Shown here piece by piece: positions 42,081 through 55,159 of a DNA stretch of 64,000 bases (positions are counted from its first letter, which is position 1; each line of letters begins with the position of its first letter). The stretch comes from Trichosphaerium sp. ATCC 40318 (Eukaryota > Protista > Tubulinea), in assembly GCA_038496445.1 (NCBI GenBank), contig JALMLS010000516.1, positions 124,001-188,000 on the forward strand, given 5' to 3'. Below the pieces are notes generated by a model. It had not been told where the DNA came from. It did not search any database and saw nothing but the letters and a program-made list of their open reading frames with translations. Made by a program: the position numbers and the translations under genes.

Positions 42081-42748
42081 TCACGTGGAGTCTTTGTTTA
42101 CATAGTCAAAGCAATCTAAAAAGTGTCAAAGTTGCTAAAAAAGACTGGTACCTGTGCTCCATTCATTTCTAATCATTTCTAAGCCGTTGTCAATGTCACG
42201 CGTTGTTAGACCTTTGTTTGGATTGACTCGTATTGCGTATGCTCCATTTTGTCTAACGTCCTGCACATGACGTAAAGTATCGTCAAAGAATATGATATTA
42301 CACGCCTCAGTATCTACAAAAAATGCGATAAGCTTACCTATTCAGTATCAATGAACTTACCCCAACGTCTACAAATGTCTTGGACCATTTTCCATTTGCT
42401 GTGGAATTTAATGAAATTACTGCTTGTTAATGAGCTTGCAGTTTTAGGAGATAGAACAACATCGAACAGTGGTGCGAAATTCAAGGTTGATAAGACCTAC
42501 AGTACATTAGGTAAGTATCAATTAAAAACCGTTACTTCTTTTGCTTGAAAGTTGTGAGACGCTATTGCGAGCTTGTATTTCTTTGTTTTTAAGCTATTCA
42601 GAATTTCTTCGCATTGTGGGTATGTACAAACTTGATCTTGGTTTAAATCGCGTAGTACACCATCTAGATCGAAAATAAAGTACACTGATCGCTTTTTCTT
42701 CTTGACCCGACGTCTTTTTTTTGGCCTCTTGGCTTCAGGCGATGACAT
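42081..42748 (-). CDS. HAD-superfamily phosphatase, MDP-1-like
   Basis: FIFDLDG (motif I), LAIASHN (II), KWKM (III), IFFDD (IV). Basic NLS-like N-terminus. Confidence 0.8.
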
Positions 42749-42850
42749 GTGCGCTATGAGTTGTCATGCTTGTAACGCTCAAAATATTACGAATGCGCTA
42801 TGGTCAACGTCAATTTAAACAAACGTTAAAACGTCTGAGGTTTGAACACA
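42749..42850. promoter_or_regulatory. Compact (102 bp) divergent intergenic region, probable bidirectional promoter
   Basis: Lies between ATGs at 42748 (-) and 42851 (+). Confidence 0.5.
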
Positions 42851-45562
42851 ATGCGGCTAAACACGCTTGGGGTGCTCATCTTATTCCTTGTGGCTGTTCT
42901 CCTGCCGCAAACTTGGTGTTATGTCACGAAATATGACAATTTCCCTGTGCGTGGCGTGGTTGTATTATTGGTGGTATTACGTACTAAAAAAAAAATAGTT
43001 AAACCAAGGCGTGGATTATCAAGAAGAAACAGCCATGTACGCGCACGACGACGCGCCAGCTGGTAGTCGCTGGCCTATTGTCGAAGTGAAACGTAAGTTT
43101 TTTGTAAATTATCTTGATGCAACGTTGCATGTTATAACAACCCACATTTAATACCGGGCATCGCGTTTACGCTATAGAAATCACGCTAGAATTTTTTTCA
43201 TCTCGAATTAATTGATTTAACCCCTCAAACTAGTCAACTTCAAACCAAAAGACCAGAAGGAAGCGAAGAAGTGTTCTAGTGAAAAGTGTCTCATTAGCTT
43301 CCTTTTTCTCCCAAATGCGTATATTAGTGAATTAGAAGACACTAAAGACCCAGTAAGGCCTTTTTGATAGCTAATACAGATGACACCTTTCAAACTGTAC
43401 TAACGCATTCAATCCTTTAGAAGAACCCTACAGCAGTACAATGCTGTGAACAACCGAGCTGTGGACCTGTAGGACACGCAAGGTTCAAGTAAGTCAAATA
43501 AGCGTTATTTTTGTTTTTATTAAAGTAATTCTCGTCGCTTTGTTTCTGGATTTGTGGTGCTGATATTACTTGTTTAAGGCCACCTAAGGGTGTTGAAGCA
43601 CTTAGGGCTGAAGCTGTATTCGTAGAGGATAAAAACGGCGATTTTAGCGCCTCTGTAGACCACGTGCGGGTTTTTAGAAGTTAAGAATTTGCAAATAAGA
43701 AAACTAATTTTGTTGTTGTAGGTTTTTAATGTCACACAGACTGGAAAGCATACACTTGTAATTCTTAATTGTAAAATGAATGGACCAGGTTCAGTAACAT
43801 TTTCTGGCAGTATTTCATGGTTAAACCCGTAAGTAGACAAAGGCATATTGTTTAAGAACATTATGTATCTTTTGTTTTTTTTTTTGAAATAATGAAGTCT
43901 TTAGGTATGGCTACTTACCAGCGAATGAATATGGTCTTCTTCCATTCCACGGTGTTGTATCAGGCCTTTATCTCGTTGTAGCTATTCTTTTTGGTATTTT
44001 GTGTATCGTATACAGGAAAAAACTACTCAGTGTTCAGGTACCTTATTAAATTTATATTTGTTTTTGAATCCAACTCTATTCAAATAGAAAGCAATCCTTG
44101 GTGTTATTGTTATTGGTATTGTTGAAAATGCAGCTTGGTGGTTCTTTTACATCAGTGTTAATAAAAGCGGAGATAACAGTACGTTGTTTGAAGAGCAAAC
44201 ACATGTTGTTCAAAGAAATAGTCTAAAAAAGGAAAGAGAGAAAATGTTTCGACTTATATCTTCTTTTAGACTTTCCTGGGTTGGTCTTTGTTATTATTAT
44301 CAATGTATTCAAACAAACAGTATCTCGTGTACTTGTTCTAGTAGTATCAATGGGATTGGGTGTCGTGAAGTTCACTATTCGTAAATCTGTTAAGAATGTT
44401 GCCGTTCTTGCTTCATTATACTTTTTATGCTTTACTATTTTCCAAATTCTTGAAAAGAGGCGTATTATGTCAAAGACAAAGGAGGTATCTAAACAACTCA
44501 TCTTGACTTTTTTGATACCTGTTGCTATTCTTGATACAACATTTTATTGGTGGATGTTTTTGTCACTTATCCGTACTATACAACAAGGTACGAATATGTC
44601 AACTCATATTTATAGCTCTCAATACACTTGAGAACTATTTTAAGAGCCAACCAAGACTTTTATTATTACTAGAGGCTCTTGGCCTTACAAAAAATACGAA
44701 AAAGATTTTCTTTCTTTTTTTTTCTTTTTGCTGTTTATCAATGATAACTAACTCGTCTTGTTAGTTAAAATGCGACGTCAAGTTGTAAAGTTACAATTGT
44801 ACAAAAATTTCTTTGCTGTTTTGGCTATCACTGTAGTATTATGTGTTATTGTCGTACTCTACCAGGTACGCACATTCTAGTCTTTGTATTTCTGTTTTTT
44901 ATGTTATTGGCTTGCACTCACTTAAAATTCTTCGTAGGGCTTTGCTACTCTCATGAATCAACTTTCATGGCAAACTGAATGGGTGTGGAAGGGATTTTGG
45001 TATGTAAAATGATTGGCAACGACCTTCAGATTCAGTTTTTCACTCTCATGTTGAGTTGTTTATTCTTTTTAGGGAGTTCCTATTTTTTGTGGTTCTCACT
45101 GCTATTGCCTTCCTTTGGAGGCCTACAACAAATAATACCAGATATGGGTATGCTGAAGTATATGACTACGATGACGAGGTTGAAATGCAACGTAAGTATC
45201 AAGAGACGTTAAACGTAGCTTTGAAGTTTTATTCTTACTTTTCCCTTAGCACGTGATGAATCTGTTGCACTTGAGCAAGTTACTGTAACTGCAGGAAATA
45301 TGAAAAAGAGAGGTAAAGAAACAAGCCCTGAACCTGTAAAGAAGGCTCCAAGAAAGAAAAAGCCAGTAGCACCTAAGGACGAAATTGATGAGGTTCTAGA
45401 GAAGTAAGTTTTTTTCTTCTTTTTTTGCTGAATGTTTAACGTCTTGGCTGTGCTTCGTGTATTAACAATGTATTAATACTAATTTTTAGGACAATTGCTC
45501 TTGTTATATCAGACGACGAAGAGAGTTTGCTTGCTGAGAAGGAAAGAAACAAAATGGATTAG
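42851..45562 (+). CDS. TMEM87/PTM1 (GOST, lung-7TM family) membrane protein
   Basis: Signal peptide, WLNPYGYLPANEY, KQTVSRVLVLVVSMGLGVVK, PVAILDTTFYWWMFLSL, RRQVVKLQLY, AFLWRPTTNNTRYGY. Confidence 0.92.
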
Positions 45563-46012
45563 AAAAATTAAAAACAAAAACCTCAAAAAAAATTAATAAA
45601 AGACTCACTATTGCAAGGTATGACTCTTTTATCCTTCCAAAAAAACCTTTACTTCAAGAGCTTTTTGTAGCCTTCTTGTTAGTACATAAAACTCCTATGA
45701 GAACGCCTTCAACTGTACTACCAGTGTGTACAAGTTTTCTCGCCTAGACGCCACAGTACTAGCGTCTGCAGTCTCAGCAACTAGGAAATGCTGAAATAAG
45801 GTTAAGTTTTGTGATGCACAAAGCGTGCTTTCTATACTTTGGTGCACTATCGCCTATCAGATTTATATTTATTACAGCACGCCAAGTGAATTCCGTATAC
45901 AGTCGACTACAAAGTACTTTTGACGTCAACTAAGTCGCGTCATTTTCGTCCACTTTAAGTCATTTAAAGCAGAATTAAGAACGTAAAAGATCATTCAGTG
46001 CAGGGCGCTAGC

Positions 46013-47177
46013 ATGGATTCAGAAATATACAGAGGCATGTGTGTAAAAAAAGGAGGTATAAGACGGGTACGTAGCGAATAAAACGCGAGAAACAAAAAAA
46101 AAGAAAATAATTTAAATCACATGAAAGCTCTCCTGAGGTGGAATAATCTCCACCTCAAGACGTTTATATGATCTTACCACATACCATAGACCTTTAATAA
46201 GGGCTTTAAACCAACATCCTCATAACACCACGTGAACACTCTTTCTAATTGAACAGAAATTACGACAGTGTTCTGATGGGTAAAAATGAGGAGTAAAAAA
46301 AACATTTTTGTGTTGGACACCAATTTAATGAACTTCCCAATGCAAATTTACGTTTTTAGTTTTGTTGTCTCCGCTCTGTCCCTTTTCTTAATTATACTAT
46401 TAGAACTGGCTGAAGCGCGAATTTATACTCACTAAATCGTACATACTCTACTTTGAAAAGAAAAGGGTACCCTTGCCAAAATAACCCAAAACAACCAGCT
46501 CACGTGTTTTTTTGAAGAAAAAACGAACATTGAAGGGTCGTATACCTGTCAAGTCAATTGTACGAGCAACGTTAAAAGAAACGCGAGGGAAGTACAGGTT
46601 ATTCTATATAGACACTCTAACTAGAGTGTACTACGTCCGTGCAGGTATGGCAACAAAAAAAAAGCTTATTGTTTGAATGATTTTTTTCTTTGCGTTTTTT
46701 TACCTCTCAACGTTATAATCACGTGCGAAAACGGCGTAAAAGAGTAGACTTTCGTTATTGTGTATAATACTTATATGTGATTTTGTAGTACCTGCGGAAG
46801 CATCTAACTGGGTAAAACACATCAATAAATTAGCTATACAATGCTGTAAGTGGTGTTTAACTTTTTTCAGCAAAAAAAAACGTTTCGACGTTGCGTCAGA
46901 CTTACCGTTATTTTTTACAGGTGAGCAAAGTAAAGGAAGGCTTAGTGATAACAAAGAAGATATAAATACAAAGAGGAAAAAAAAGAAAAAGAGTGGTATA
47001 GACCTCCGAAGTACAGGTGGAGGAGGAGTTGATGTTGGTGTAACAGAAACGGATACTGAAGATAGCAAGTTTTTAGAAACAGCTTCAATGCCAACATATA
47101 GACACTCAGTTTATGACAACGATCAGGTTGATAATCCTAAATTAGACGAGGATATTCTAACTGGGTCTTGTATGTGA
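46013..47177 (+). CDS. Small PH-domain protein
   Basis: Spliced: YRGMCVKKGGIRR|NWLKREFILTKSYILYFE...GRIPV...TRVYYVRA...EASNWVKHINKL. Confidence 0.8.
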
Positions 47178-47504
47178 CGAGGAAGGCGAGAAACGTTTCA
47201 AAAGGGAACCTAAAAATAAGCCTTTTTTTGAAACTTCTTTTCAGGTTTTTTTCGTCTCACCTAACACACACATACATACCCAAAGCACCAAGTGTATGCT
47301 TGGCATTGTTTTTTAAAATGGGAAATGACTACACATAGCGCCATATGACAGTACCAGATACTTGTCAAAAACTGTAAAATAAAAATTAAAATACTTCTTT
47401 GTACAAAAACATCGTATCTAGGCCCCATCATAAATTGATTTGATACTTACTGCTTCGAGTCCATTACACAGAACAGGCCTTTTATTTTTTCCCCAAAGAA
47501 TACC

Positions 47505-47840
47505 TTAAGCAGGTGACAATAATCTCAAAGCCACTTGTGGTGATATACTGTCTCATGAAACCTAAGCGAAAGCAGTAGCTTCCAACGATATCTATTGACA
47601 ATCTTCCTGACGAGATAATTGCTGGTTCTGAGTCACAGTTAACCCTGCAAATGACAGATAAAGAATCAAGCGACCCAATGTACATTGCGAAGGACAGTTT
47701 GAGTGTCACTATTTCAGGTGAGTGCCAGTCACAGTTGAGTCTGTTGACGTGATCCAAATGAAGTGTCAATCTCCTTCGCTACTGAGTCTGTTGGGCCTCT
47801 CACAATCTCCGCAAAATATAGTTGTCATCATCTCGTGTCA
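47505..47840 (+). pseudogene. Degenerate filamin-type Ig repeat fragment
   Basis: IIAGSESQLTLQMTDKESSDPMYIAKDSLSVTISG, then after frameshifts DPNEVSISFATESVGPLTISAKY. An in-frame TAG lies upstream. Confidence 0.4.
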
Positions 47841-48733
47841 TTGATAACGTAATAGCTAAGAGTCATACAGAAGCGGTAGACAGCGCCTTATGATCATCAC
47901 ATTAGCCAATCTAAATTCGGTTGGAAGCAAAACAACTATGCCTTAATTTTGAGCTGTTGAGATTTGACTGCAAATAAGCAAGTGAGGCACAGATTTTCTA
48001 ACCACAAAAATGCAAGTTTTTTTACTCATTTAGCATGAGTTGAAGCGATCCCTTAGTTTCTGCAGTCATTGAGGCATTAAGTCAGGGCGAATACTAACAT
48101 CAGAAATTGGATTTGTGTCTTTCTCGTAAAATACAACAAACGACCTTAAAACCACACCACATCTACTGTTCTACAGCTTAAATAAGCGAGCGTATGAAGC
48201 TTGGTCCTTTTTATCTGAGAAACGCTACCGGATATTTTCTGTATTTGGAGAATAATTTTATCTGATACTTTTGAAAGAAGAGGTGTTGATTTTGATCTAC
48301 AGCTACAACACTACTGATTTACGAATCTGTGATTGAAAACTACAGCGGAATTCTAGTGTTTTGTATAAGCTCAGGTACATTTCCGACAATTTCTACGCGT
48401 GCATAATGGTATGAAAGCAATTAGAACAGTTTTACAAGAGTTTGAAGAAAGAATAAAAAATTTCATCGTCTTAGAGTTTTCTATGCTTGATACACGTTTT
48501 TGTAGTGCTAGTAAATGATGAAAAGTTGGTTCGCCCGTTTTTTTGTACATTTTCTGATGTTATCGGATATTTATTTTAGTTCGATGCTTACTTTCACTCA
48601 TATTTAGTCGCACAGCTCCAACGCATCGTACACGCTAAGTTTTGAGCGACGGAAAAATTTTTCCAAGTTTGGCAAGTTCAGAAAACTAAGCTTGACTTAA
48701 CGTTTCTTTTGTTTAGAATTTAGAACTAAAATT

Positions 48734-51659
48734 ATGTGCACAATGCTTGCTCGTTGTTTATTTATCACAATGTGTGTAGTTATCGCTAAAGCTGCTCTTC
48801 CCGTTTATTATGTAGCAGTTAACGACACTGGTGGTGACGGTAGTAGTATACAGACGTAAGCAGTTTTAATCGAACGACAACGGCAACTACCTTTTTTTTT
48901 GTTTTGCTAGCAAGCACATTTTTGTTTTATCCTAAAAAGCCTTTCAAAGCACTAACTTATGTGCTTTCTAGTGCTATGTCGTATTCTAGGCTCGCTGTGC
49001 TACTTGCAAACGATTCAGATGGCGTTGAGAGGATTTTCTTTCTCGGAGGCGTGCACGCATTAGAGATGGATGCAACCGACAATGAAGCGACTGTGGAAAC
49101 TTCTTTTGTGCTACAAGGAAACAGTAGCTCACCAATTATTATTTCAAACTACGGAGGTACTTAATCACTTCTCTTTTTTTTTGGAAATCCGAAAAACGGT
49201 TGCTACTAAAAGTTAAGCGTTTTATCTTGCTTAGTTTCAGTTGATTAATTTTAACAGGGGAACAAGTTGATTTAGTACTACGCTACGCCAATGGTGACGT
49301 AAAATCGCCATCTCCCATCCAAGAACACTTGAATTCACCCCTACTGGAACTTCTACCAGGATCAAGGAACGTAATTATTACTGGGATTAATATCTTGGGA
49401 AGCATTGGTACGAGTTAATTTCACTTTACAGAATCTACCTTTTTGCACTGTGTTGATATCTGTTAGGTCGAGGTTTCCTTTTTAATGGAGACAACATTAC
49501 GCTTTGTAACTGCTCTATATCTAATGTGTATGGATCTGCTGTAGACCTTAGGGACTCAACTGATTCATCCATTGATAGCGTGGTGTTTCACAAAATTCTC
49601 CTTCGACGAAGTGCGTTTCAATTATTTTATTTTTTTTGTTCTATTTGTTCACGTGTTCTCGTGTAGTTGTGTACAATGAGACTGATAGAAATACGACAAG
49701 AGCTGGTATGTGTTCTTTAACTCAAAGAGTGTTTTTTGTGTTGCTTGAATCTAACGTATTGTTGGTAGTCATTGGACTTATAAATCCCAGCAATCCGTCT
49801 ATTACTAACTGTGGATTTAAAGAATGCTATGGTTACGGTATTCAATCTCGTTCGAGTGTAACAAGCTTGGTACGGGTGTTTTTATTTATCAATTATTCAT
49901 ATATTTGACAGCAGTGTACTGACCATTGTCTAGATAATATCAGATTGTGTCTTCGAACTTACTGATGGATTTATCCACGCTACTGAGAGGCACAGTATTG
50001 ATATTTCAAGGTGCGAATACCCAAAAAAAAAACAGGCCATACACTAAGAACATTTTAGATGCTTATATTCAGGGTTCCCTCAGAACTCTAGCCATAGGTT
50101 CTCTATCGATGCTTTACATCTTTATTGTACCGATGTGGTTATGGAGAATACGTTGATTGCAAATGCGGATAGTACGCTGATTAGTCAACCCTTTTTTTTT
50201 GTACTTATTCTCAAAAATCAGGGCTTATGAGAGTAGAAACTGTTGAAGCATGCCTGATAAGACCTAATATTGCCTTTAAATACTGCGTTTTTAGAAATAT
50301 ATCTGCTAGTCAGTTATTACTTATTGATGTTGTACCTCCTTTATCTATAGCTTTTATCAACAGCATTTTTGATAGGTACATACCTTAAAGCAACCAATCC
50401 TAAAGCTCAACTCTAACTTCTTTGTTTTGCAATAAAGTGATGTTCAACTGATTGGATCACCTTACCGTAAGAAAGAATCTCTCTAATTTGACTAATGGCT
50501 TTTTTGTAGCACTCCTTGTTTTCGTGGAAAATGTATTTGTTCATGGTGAACCAACTGATGCGGCAGGCAGAATTTCCGATAGTAATTATTATATTGATCC
50601 TGAATTTATTGATAAAGAGGATATCCATAGTTTCGAAATAAGTCCTACGTCTCAGCTTCGTCTACACGGGACAGGGTCAGGAGATATAGATTATTTCAAA
50701 GTATCAAGAGGATCATCACCAACAACCATAGGTAACAGGGCAATACCCATGTTTGTATAGCGTTTTTAATTGAACATCAACATGCTGATACCAGTTTAGG
50801 CATGCAGTATAGGTTTGAAATACCTCCTACAACCGACGCTCCCACTATCCCTCCCACGACTATGCCACCCACAACTGAGGCACCACCGACAACTGAAACA
50901 CCACCCACAACTGAAGCTCCGTCCACTGAATCGCCAACTGATGCTCCAACTCAGAGTCCGTATTCGATTGACATTATTCTTGGTATTAAAAATGGCACTG
51001 TTAAAGACAGGATAGTAGTTACCGAGCCAATAATTGTAGCAGGTAAGAATTATTTGTTGTGAACAAAACGAAGATATGACTGTACTTTTAGGCAATTTGA
51101 TTCAAGGTGGAGGTGTCATTGTTTTGAAACCAAGTTCAACAATCACTGTTGTTGGATGCTACGACTCTACAGTGCCTATCATCCTTACTATTGATTCAAT
51201 ACCTGAAGAAAATAATGTGACACTTATAATGTATGACAGATTGTGTGATATCAGTGCTACTGCTACAAGTGTTGAGCTAGACATCAAAGATAAAAGTTGC
51301 AATTTCGAATATGAAACAGTTGTAAAAGCAACAAGACTGGAAGTTATCTTCACATCCAAGAAATGTGATCAAGACAACGTTGCAAACGGCAACAAAATAT
51401 GGCCTATAATAGTTGCTGTTGTTGTTATATCACTGGTTCTTGGATTGGGACTATTCTTTTTGGCAGCAAGGTAAGATTGACGTCAATGTTCTTTTTCTTT
51501 GCTCAGACTTTTTGGTTTAGGTGTATACCCTGCGTTCGTGTTAGAGTGATGCCTTTTGGTAGTAGAGGTAAAAGAGCAACCCAAAAAGCTTTGCAAAAAA
51601 GACTAGGAATAATTAACACCAGTAGCCAAGGTAAATCTACTAATGATGTGTACATATAA
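48734..51659 (+). CDS. Type I membrane protein with pectin-lyase-like beta-helix ectodomain and P/T-rich stalk
   Basis: Signal peptide; YYVAVNDTGGDGSSIQ..PFKAL start typical of beta-helix proteins; NVIITGINI, NITLCNCSISNV; TM IWPIIVAVVVISLVLGLGLFFLAA. Confidence 0.75.
50823..50960 (+). repeat. Coding 18-bp degenerate tandem repeat (PPTTEA)
   Basis: PPTTDA PTI PPTTM PPTTEA PPTTET PPTTEA PSTES PTDA PTQSP. Confidence 0.8.
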
Positions 51660-52269
51660 CTTGTTTAATATTACCAATAAACACCATCATTGTACATATA
51701 ATAATAGACTTCAATGTTGATCAACAGATTGACTATTTACTGGATTTTTGGTATGATTTTGTTTATCACTGTGAAGCGTTGTTCATGTTACTACTAATAG
51801 CAATTTTTAAAATTTTACATGCTTCACCCGTCATACAGGCTATGGTGGAACGAAAACTGTTATGAGCGTATAACTAACAAAAAATTTCCATAATAGAGTT
51901 GCTTGATATTTTTACGGAAAGTTTAAGGGTACTTCGCCTGATGGACTCACTATCTTAATTATTTTATGACGCCTTATTAGTTAATTTGGACAAGAAATGT
52001 TGTGTATTGCAATTCACTTTATATTTAGCATTGATTATAAGTGTAATGCAGTTATAGCTGCTTTGTTCTGCTAAAGAGATCTTTGCAGGTGGTACAAACC
52101 CTAGTATAGAGAAGGCTATAAAGGTTTCAAGAAATATCTTCTTCAAATAAAAACAATACACGGACAAGAAATACTTTGCAGGTCATTGAAGCTTTTGTAG
52201 TACAAGGTTGTTTTTATTTAACATTTGAATGACGACATAACATTGTGCTTTTCCTCTACTAAGAAAGTA

Positions 52270-52606
52270 TAGAATCATTTTCATTTTGCACATATAGCCT
52301 GCACAGCAGCTTTTGTACACTTTGTACCATCTATAATAATTATAGAAGCACCTTGAAGAGCTGATATCCCTTCATCTGTTACAAGAGAACAATTCCTTAG
52401 ACTTATTGTATGAACGCCTGCTAGAGCTTTAATACCTTTATCTGTTATCTTGGCGCATCGATTCAACCGTATATTGTGTACACCAGCAAGATGAATAACA
52501 CCTTCATCTGTGATATCAGTACAATCATCCAAGTGAATAGTATGCACCCCTGCAAGTGATTTCAATCCATTATCAGTTACACCTTTACAGCCACCCAAGT
52601 ATATTA
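52270..52606 (-). repeat. 337-bp direct duplicate of the 3' end of the F-box/LRR gene (52985-53321)
   Basis: Offset 715 bp. Three substitutions noticed (two silent, one A>D). Confidence 0.95.
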
Positions 52607-52995
52607 CCTGCTAATAATGTTTGAGTTACAAGCATGTTCAATGCCGTAGACGTAGAAATAGTGAGGTGTTCCTTTAGGAAGTTAGTTTGTTGCTAAAAAG
52701 CAGTGAGAAAGGTAAAATCGAGTTAGTGTAGTTGATTTTAGCGTGTAAAAGCAGAATAGAGAATTAAATCAGATTACCAACGAAATACAAAAGAAAGGCC
52801 AGCGGTGTGACTAAAAGTACTTTAGCATGTCAAACAGAGCTATAGCATTAAACTGTGTGCACAGGAGTGCTTTGGGCCCGTCATGGGCGTAAAGGGCTCT
52901 GGAGAGTGTAGAGATAACCTAAAGGTGTAAAATAAAAGATATGCTGAAGAGAAGCTGCATTCACCGGGCAGTTAAGCCGGCCTCTAGAATCATTT

Positions 52996-54297
52996 TCATT
53001 TTGCACATATAGCCTGCACAGCAGCTTTTGTACACTTTGTACCATCTATAATAATTATAGAAGCACCTTGAAGAGCTGATATCCCTTCATCTGTTACAAG
53101 AGAACAATTCCTTAGACTTATTGTATGAACGCCTGCTAGAGCTTTAATACCTTTATCTGTTATCTTGGCACATCGATTCAACCGTATATTGTGTACACCA
53201 GCAAGATGAATAACACCTTCATCTGTGATATCAGTACAATCAGCCAAGTGAATAGTATGCACCCCTGCAAGTGATTTCAATCCATTATCAGTTACACCTT
53301 TACAGCCGCCCAAGTATATTATGTGAACCCCTGATAAAAGGTCTAGCCATGAGTCGTCTATTACTAACCCTTCCAAGTCGATGGTGTGAATACCAGAAAA
53401 GGTTGATATTGATGCAATAGTTAGGTTTCTGCACCTGGCCAAGATGAGTTTGCTTACGCCAGCAAGAGGTATGATATGTTCATCTTTAACCATCAACTTA
53501 CGTAAGTTAATTTCTTGTACACCTGACAATTGTTTCACTTTATCTAGAATTACGCGAGAACAGTTACCAATATCAATCACGTGAAGACACATTTCACCTT
53601 TTCTATTTTTAGCTTTAGCCAAGTACTCAAAACAAGATCCATCAATATCTCTACAATCCGACATTTTTATTGTGTGAGCTCCAGCGAGTGCTTTTACACC
53701 ATTGTCAGTGACTTTGCAAGAACTGATATTTATATAATGAACTCCAGCAAGATATTTTAATCCTTCATCAGTTATCTGGACACATGACGCAATATTTACG
53801 CTATAAGCACCTGAAATAGCTTTCAATGACTTATCTGTCAAGTGCCGTATATAACTCACATCTATCGTATGTACACCTGACAAGAATTGTATACCTTCAT
53901 TAGTGATATATGGGCACTCATATATATCTATTTCTTTAATACCAGCGTGTGCCTCAAGGCACTTATCAGTCACCTTCAAGTACCACATGGATAATTTCTT
54001 AACACCAGCCAAAGAACATATTTCCTTGTCTGAGGCCTTGAACTTCCGGATTGATACATATGTATTGTTTAAAAGCGATTTCTGATCGCTTAAACGCTTT
54101 ATGGACTCTGATGATGTAACAACGATTTTACCGTAACCAACATGTCTGTGAATAATGTCGTAGAATAGCCAGCACGTCTGAGCAATAGAATATCGTGTTT
54201 TATTCGGAGTATGCTCAAAAACGGTAGCAATGAGTTCTGTAGGTATTGTTTCGACGAACCGAGGATTTATACCATCACGTTGTACAGCACTAGCCAT
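52996..54297 (-). CDS. Intronless F-box/LRR protein, paralog of 8359-9463
   Basis: Probable start MASAVQ at 54297; IPTELIATVF...IAQTCWLFYDIIHRHVGY; LAGVHTIxLxxCxxITDEG repeats. Confidence 0.88.
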   Translation of the reverse strand: MASAVQRDGINPRFVETIPTELIATVFEHTPNKTRYSIAQTCWLFYDIIHRHVGYGKIVVTSSESIKRLSDQKSLLNNTYVSIRKFKASDKEICSLAGVKKLSMWYLKVTDKCLEAHAGIKEIDIYECPYITNEGIQFLSGVHTIDVSYIRHLTDKSLKAISGAYSVNIASCVQITDEGLKYLAGVHYINISSCKVTDNGVKALAGAHTIKMSDCRDIDGSCFEYLAKAKNRKGEMCLHVIDIGNCSRVILDKVKQLSGVQEINLRKLMVKDEHIIPLAGVSKLILARCRNLTIASISTFSGIHTIDLEGLVIDDSWLDLLSGVHIIYLGGCKGVTDNGLKSLAGVHTIHLADCTDITDEGVIHLAGVHNIRLNRCAKITDKGIKALAGVHTISLRNCSLVTDEGISALQGASIIIIDGTKCTKAAVQAICAK

Positions 54298-55159
54298 AGG
54301 TACGCAACAATTGGAATAAAGCTTGCTTAGCAACCCGGTTAAGCAAAGACAGCTGAACCCAGGAAGTACGATATCAGTGAGCGCAACAGCTGGTAAAAAA
54401 ATTTTGAAAACTTCAAAAATTCCAACCTCCATTAGTCTCAAAAGTCCATAAAACCGGGTGTACAGCCATTAAATACGCTTTCGGACAGCCTTTTCGCTTT
54501 GCTCAGTATCTGACTTTCACGCATATAAATGTCTCTATCTTGTTTCTTTCTAGGTATGAACACTTTACAAGGGACATAGCTGAAGAGTTCTTTTCAATTG
54601 TCTGTCTCATTCAAGTTTTGAGACAGTCAAAACAAGCCAATGTCTGCCTGACTCAAACAAGCATACTACAGGTACAGTTCAATTTGATTCAAAACTATAT
54701 TTTAACGTAGAGCTCTAATGGATTTGACAGAACTTTAAATCTCAAATTTTCAAATTGATCTGCGTCACAGCATCCAGTCAAGCGGAAATTTTCGCAAATC
54801 CAACGTTTAACCCACGTGATTTAAAACCCAAAGCTTCTATTTGATACCTTGTAGCGTTTGCAAAGCCCCGTACATGACATTGGTTTGAATAGCTGGCTAA
54901 TGTTTATTCGCGCTGTAGACTGTACGTTGAGAGCGCCAATGCAAGCGTAAGTATCGCTAGTACCACCGATGTTAAATTGTCTGTTAGGTTTAAAAATACA
55001 GCAAACAGCTCTCGACTCTATTCATACCGTGCTTCTTACAACGAACGTTATTACATAGCTTTTCTCTAGGTAATTGAGGACATCCTTTGCACGAAAGACT
55101 ATTGTTAGAAAGCATGTTAAGGCAGCATGTTGTGAATCCATCAATTCTTTATTAATATA

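Noticed and set aside
46116-46172. SECIS element
   Set aside because: It is intronic, the geometry does not match, and I found no in-frame TGA selenoprotein nearby.
54298-54441. 48-codon N-terminal extension of the LRR ORF
   Set aside because: It starts at a non-ATG codon and has no counterpart in the paralog at 8359; ATG 54297 fits better.
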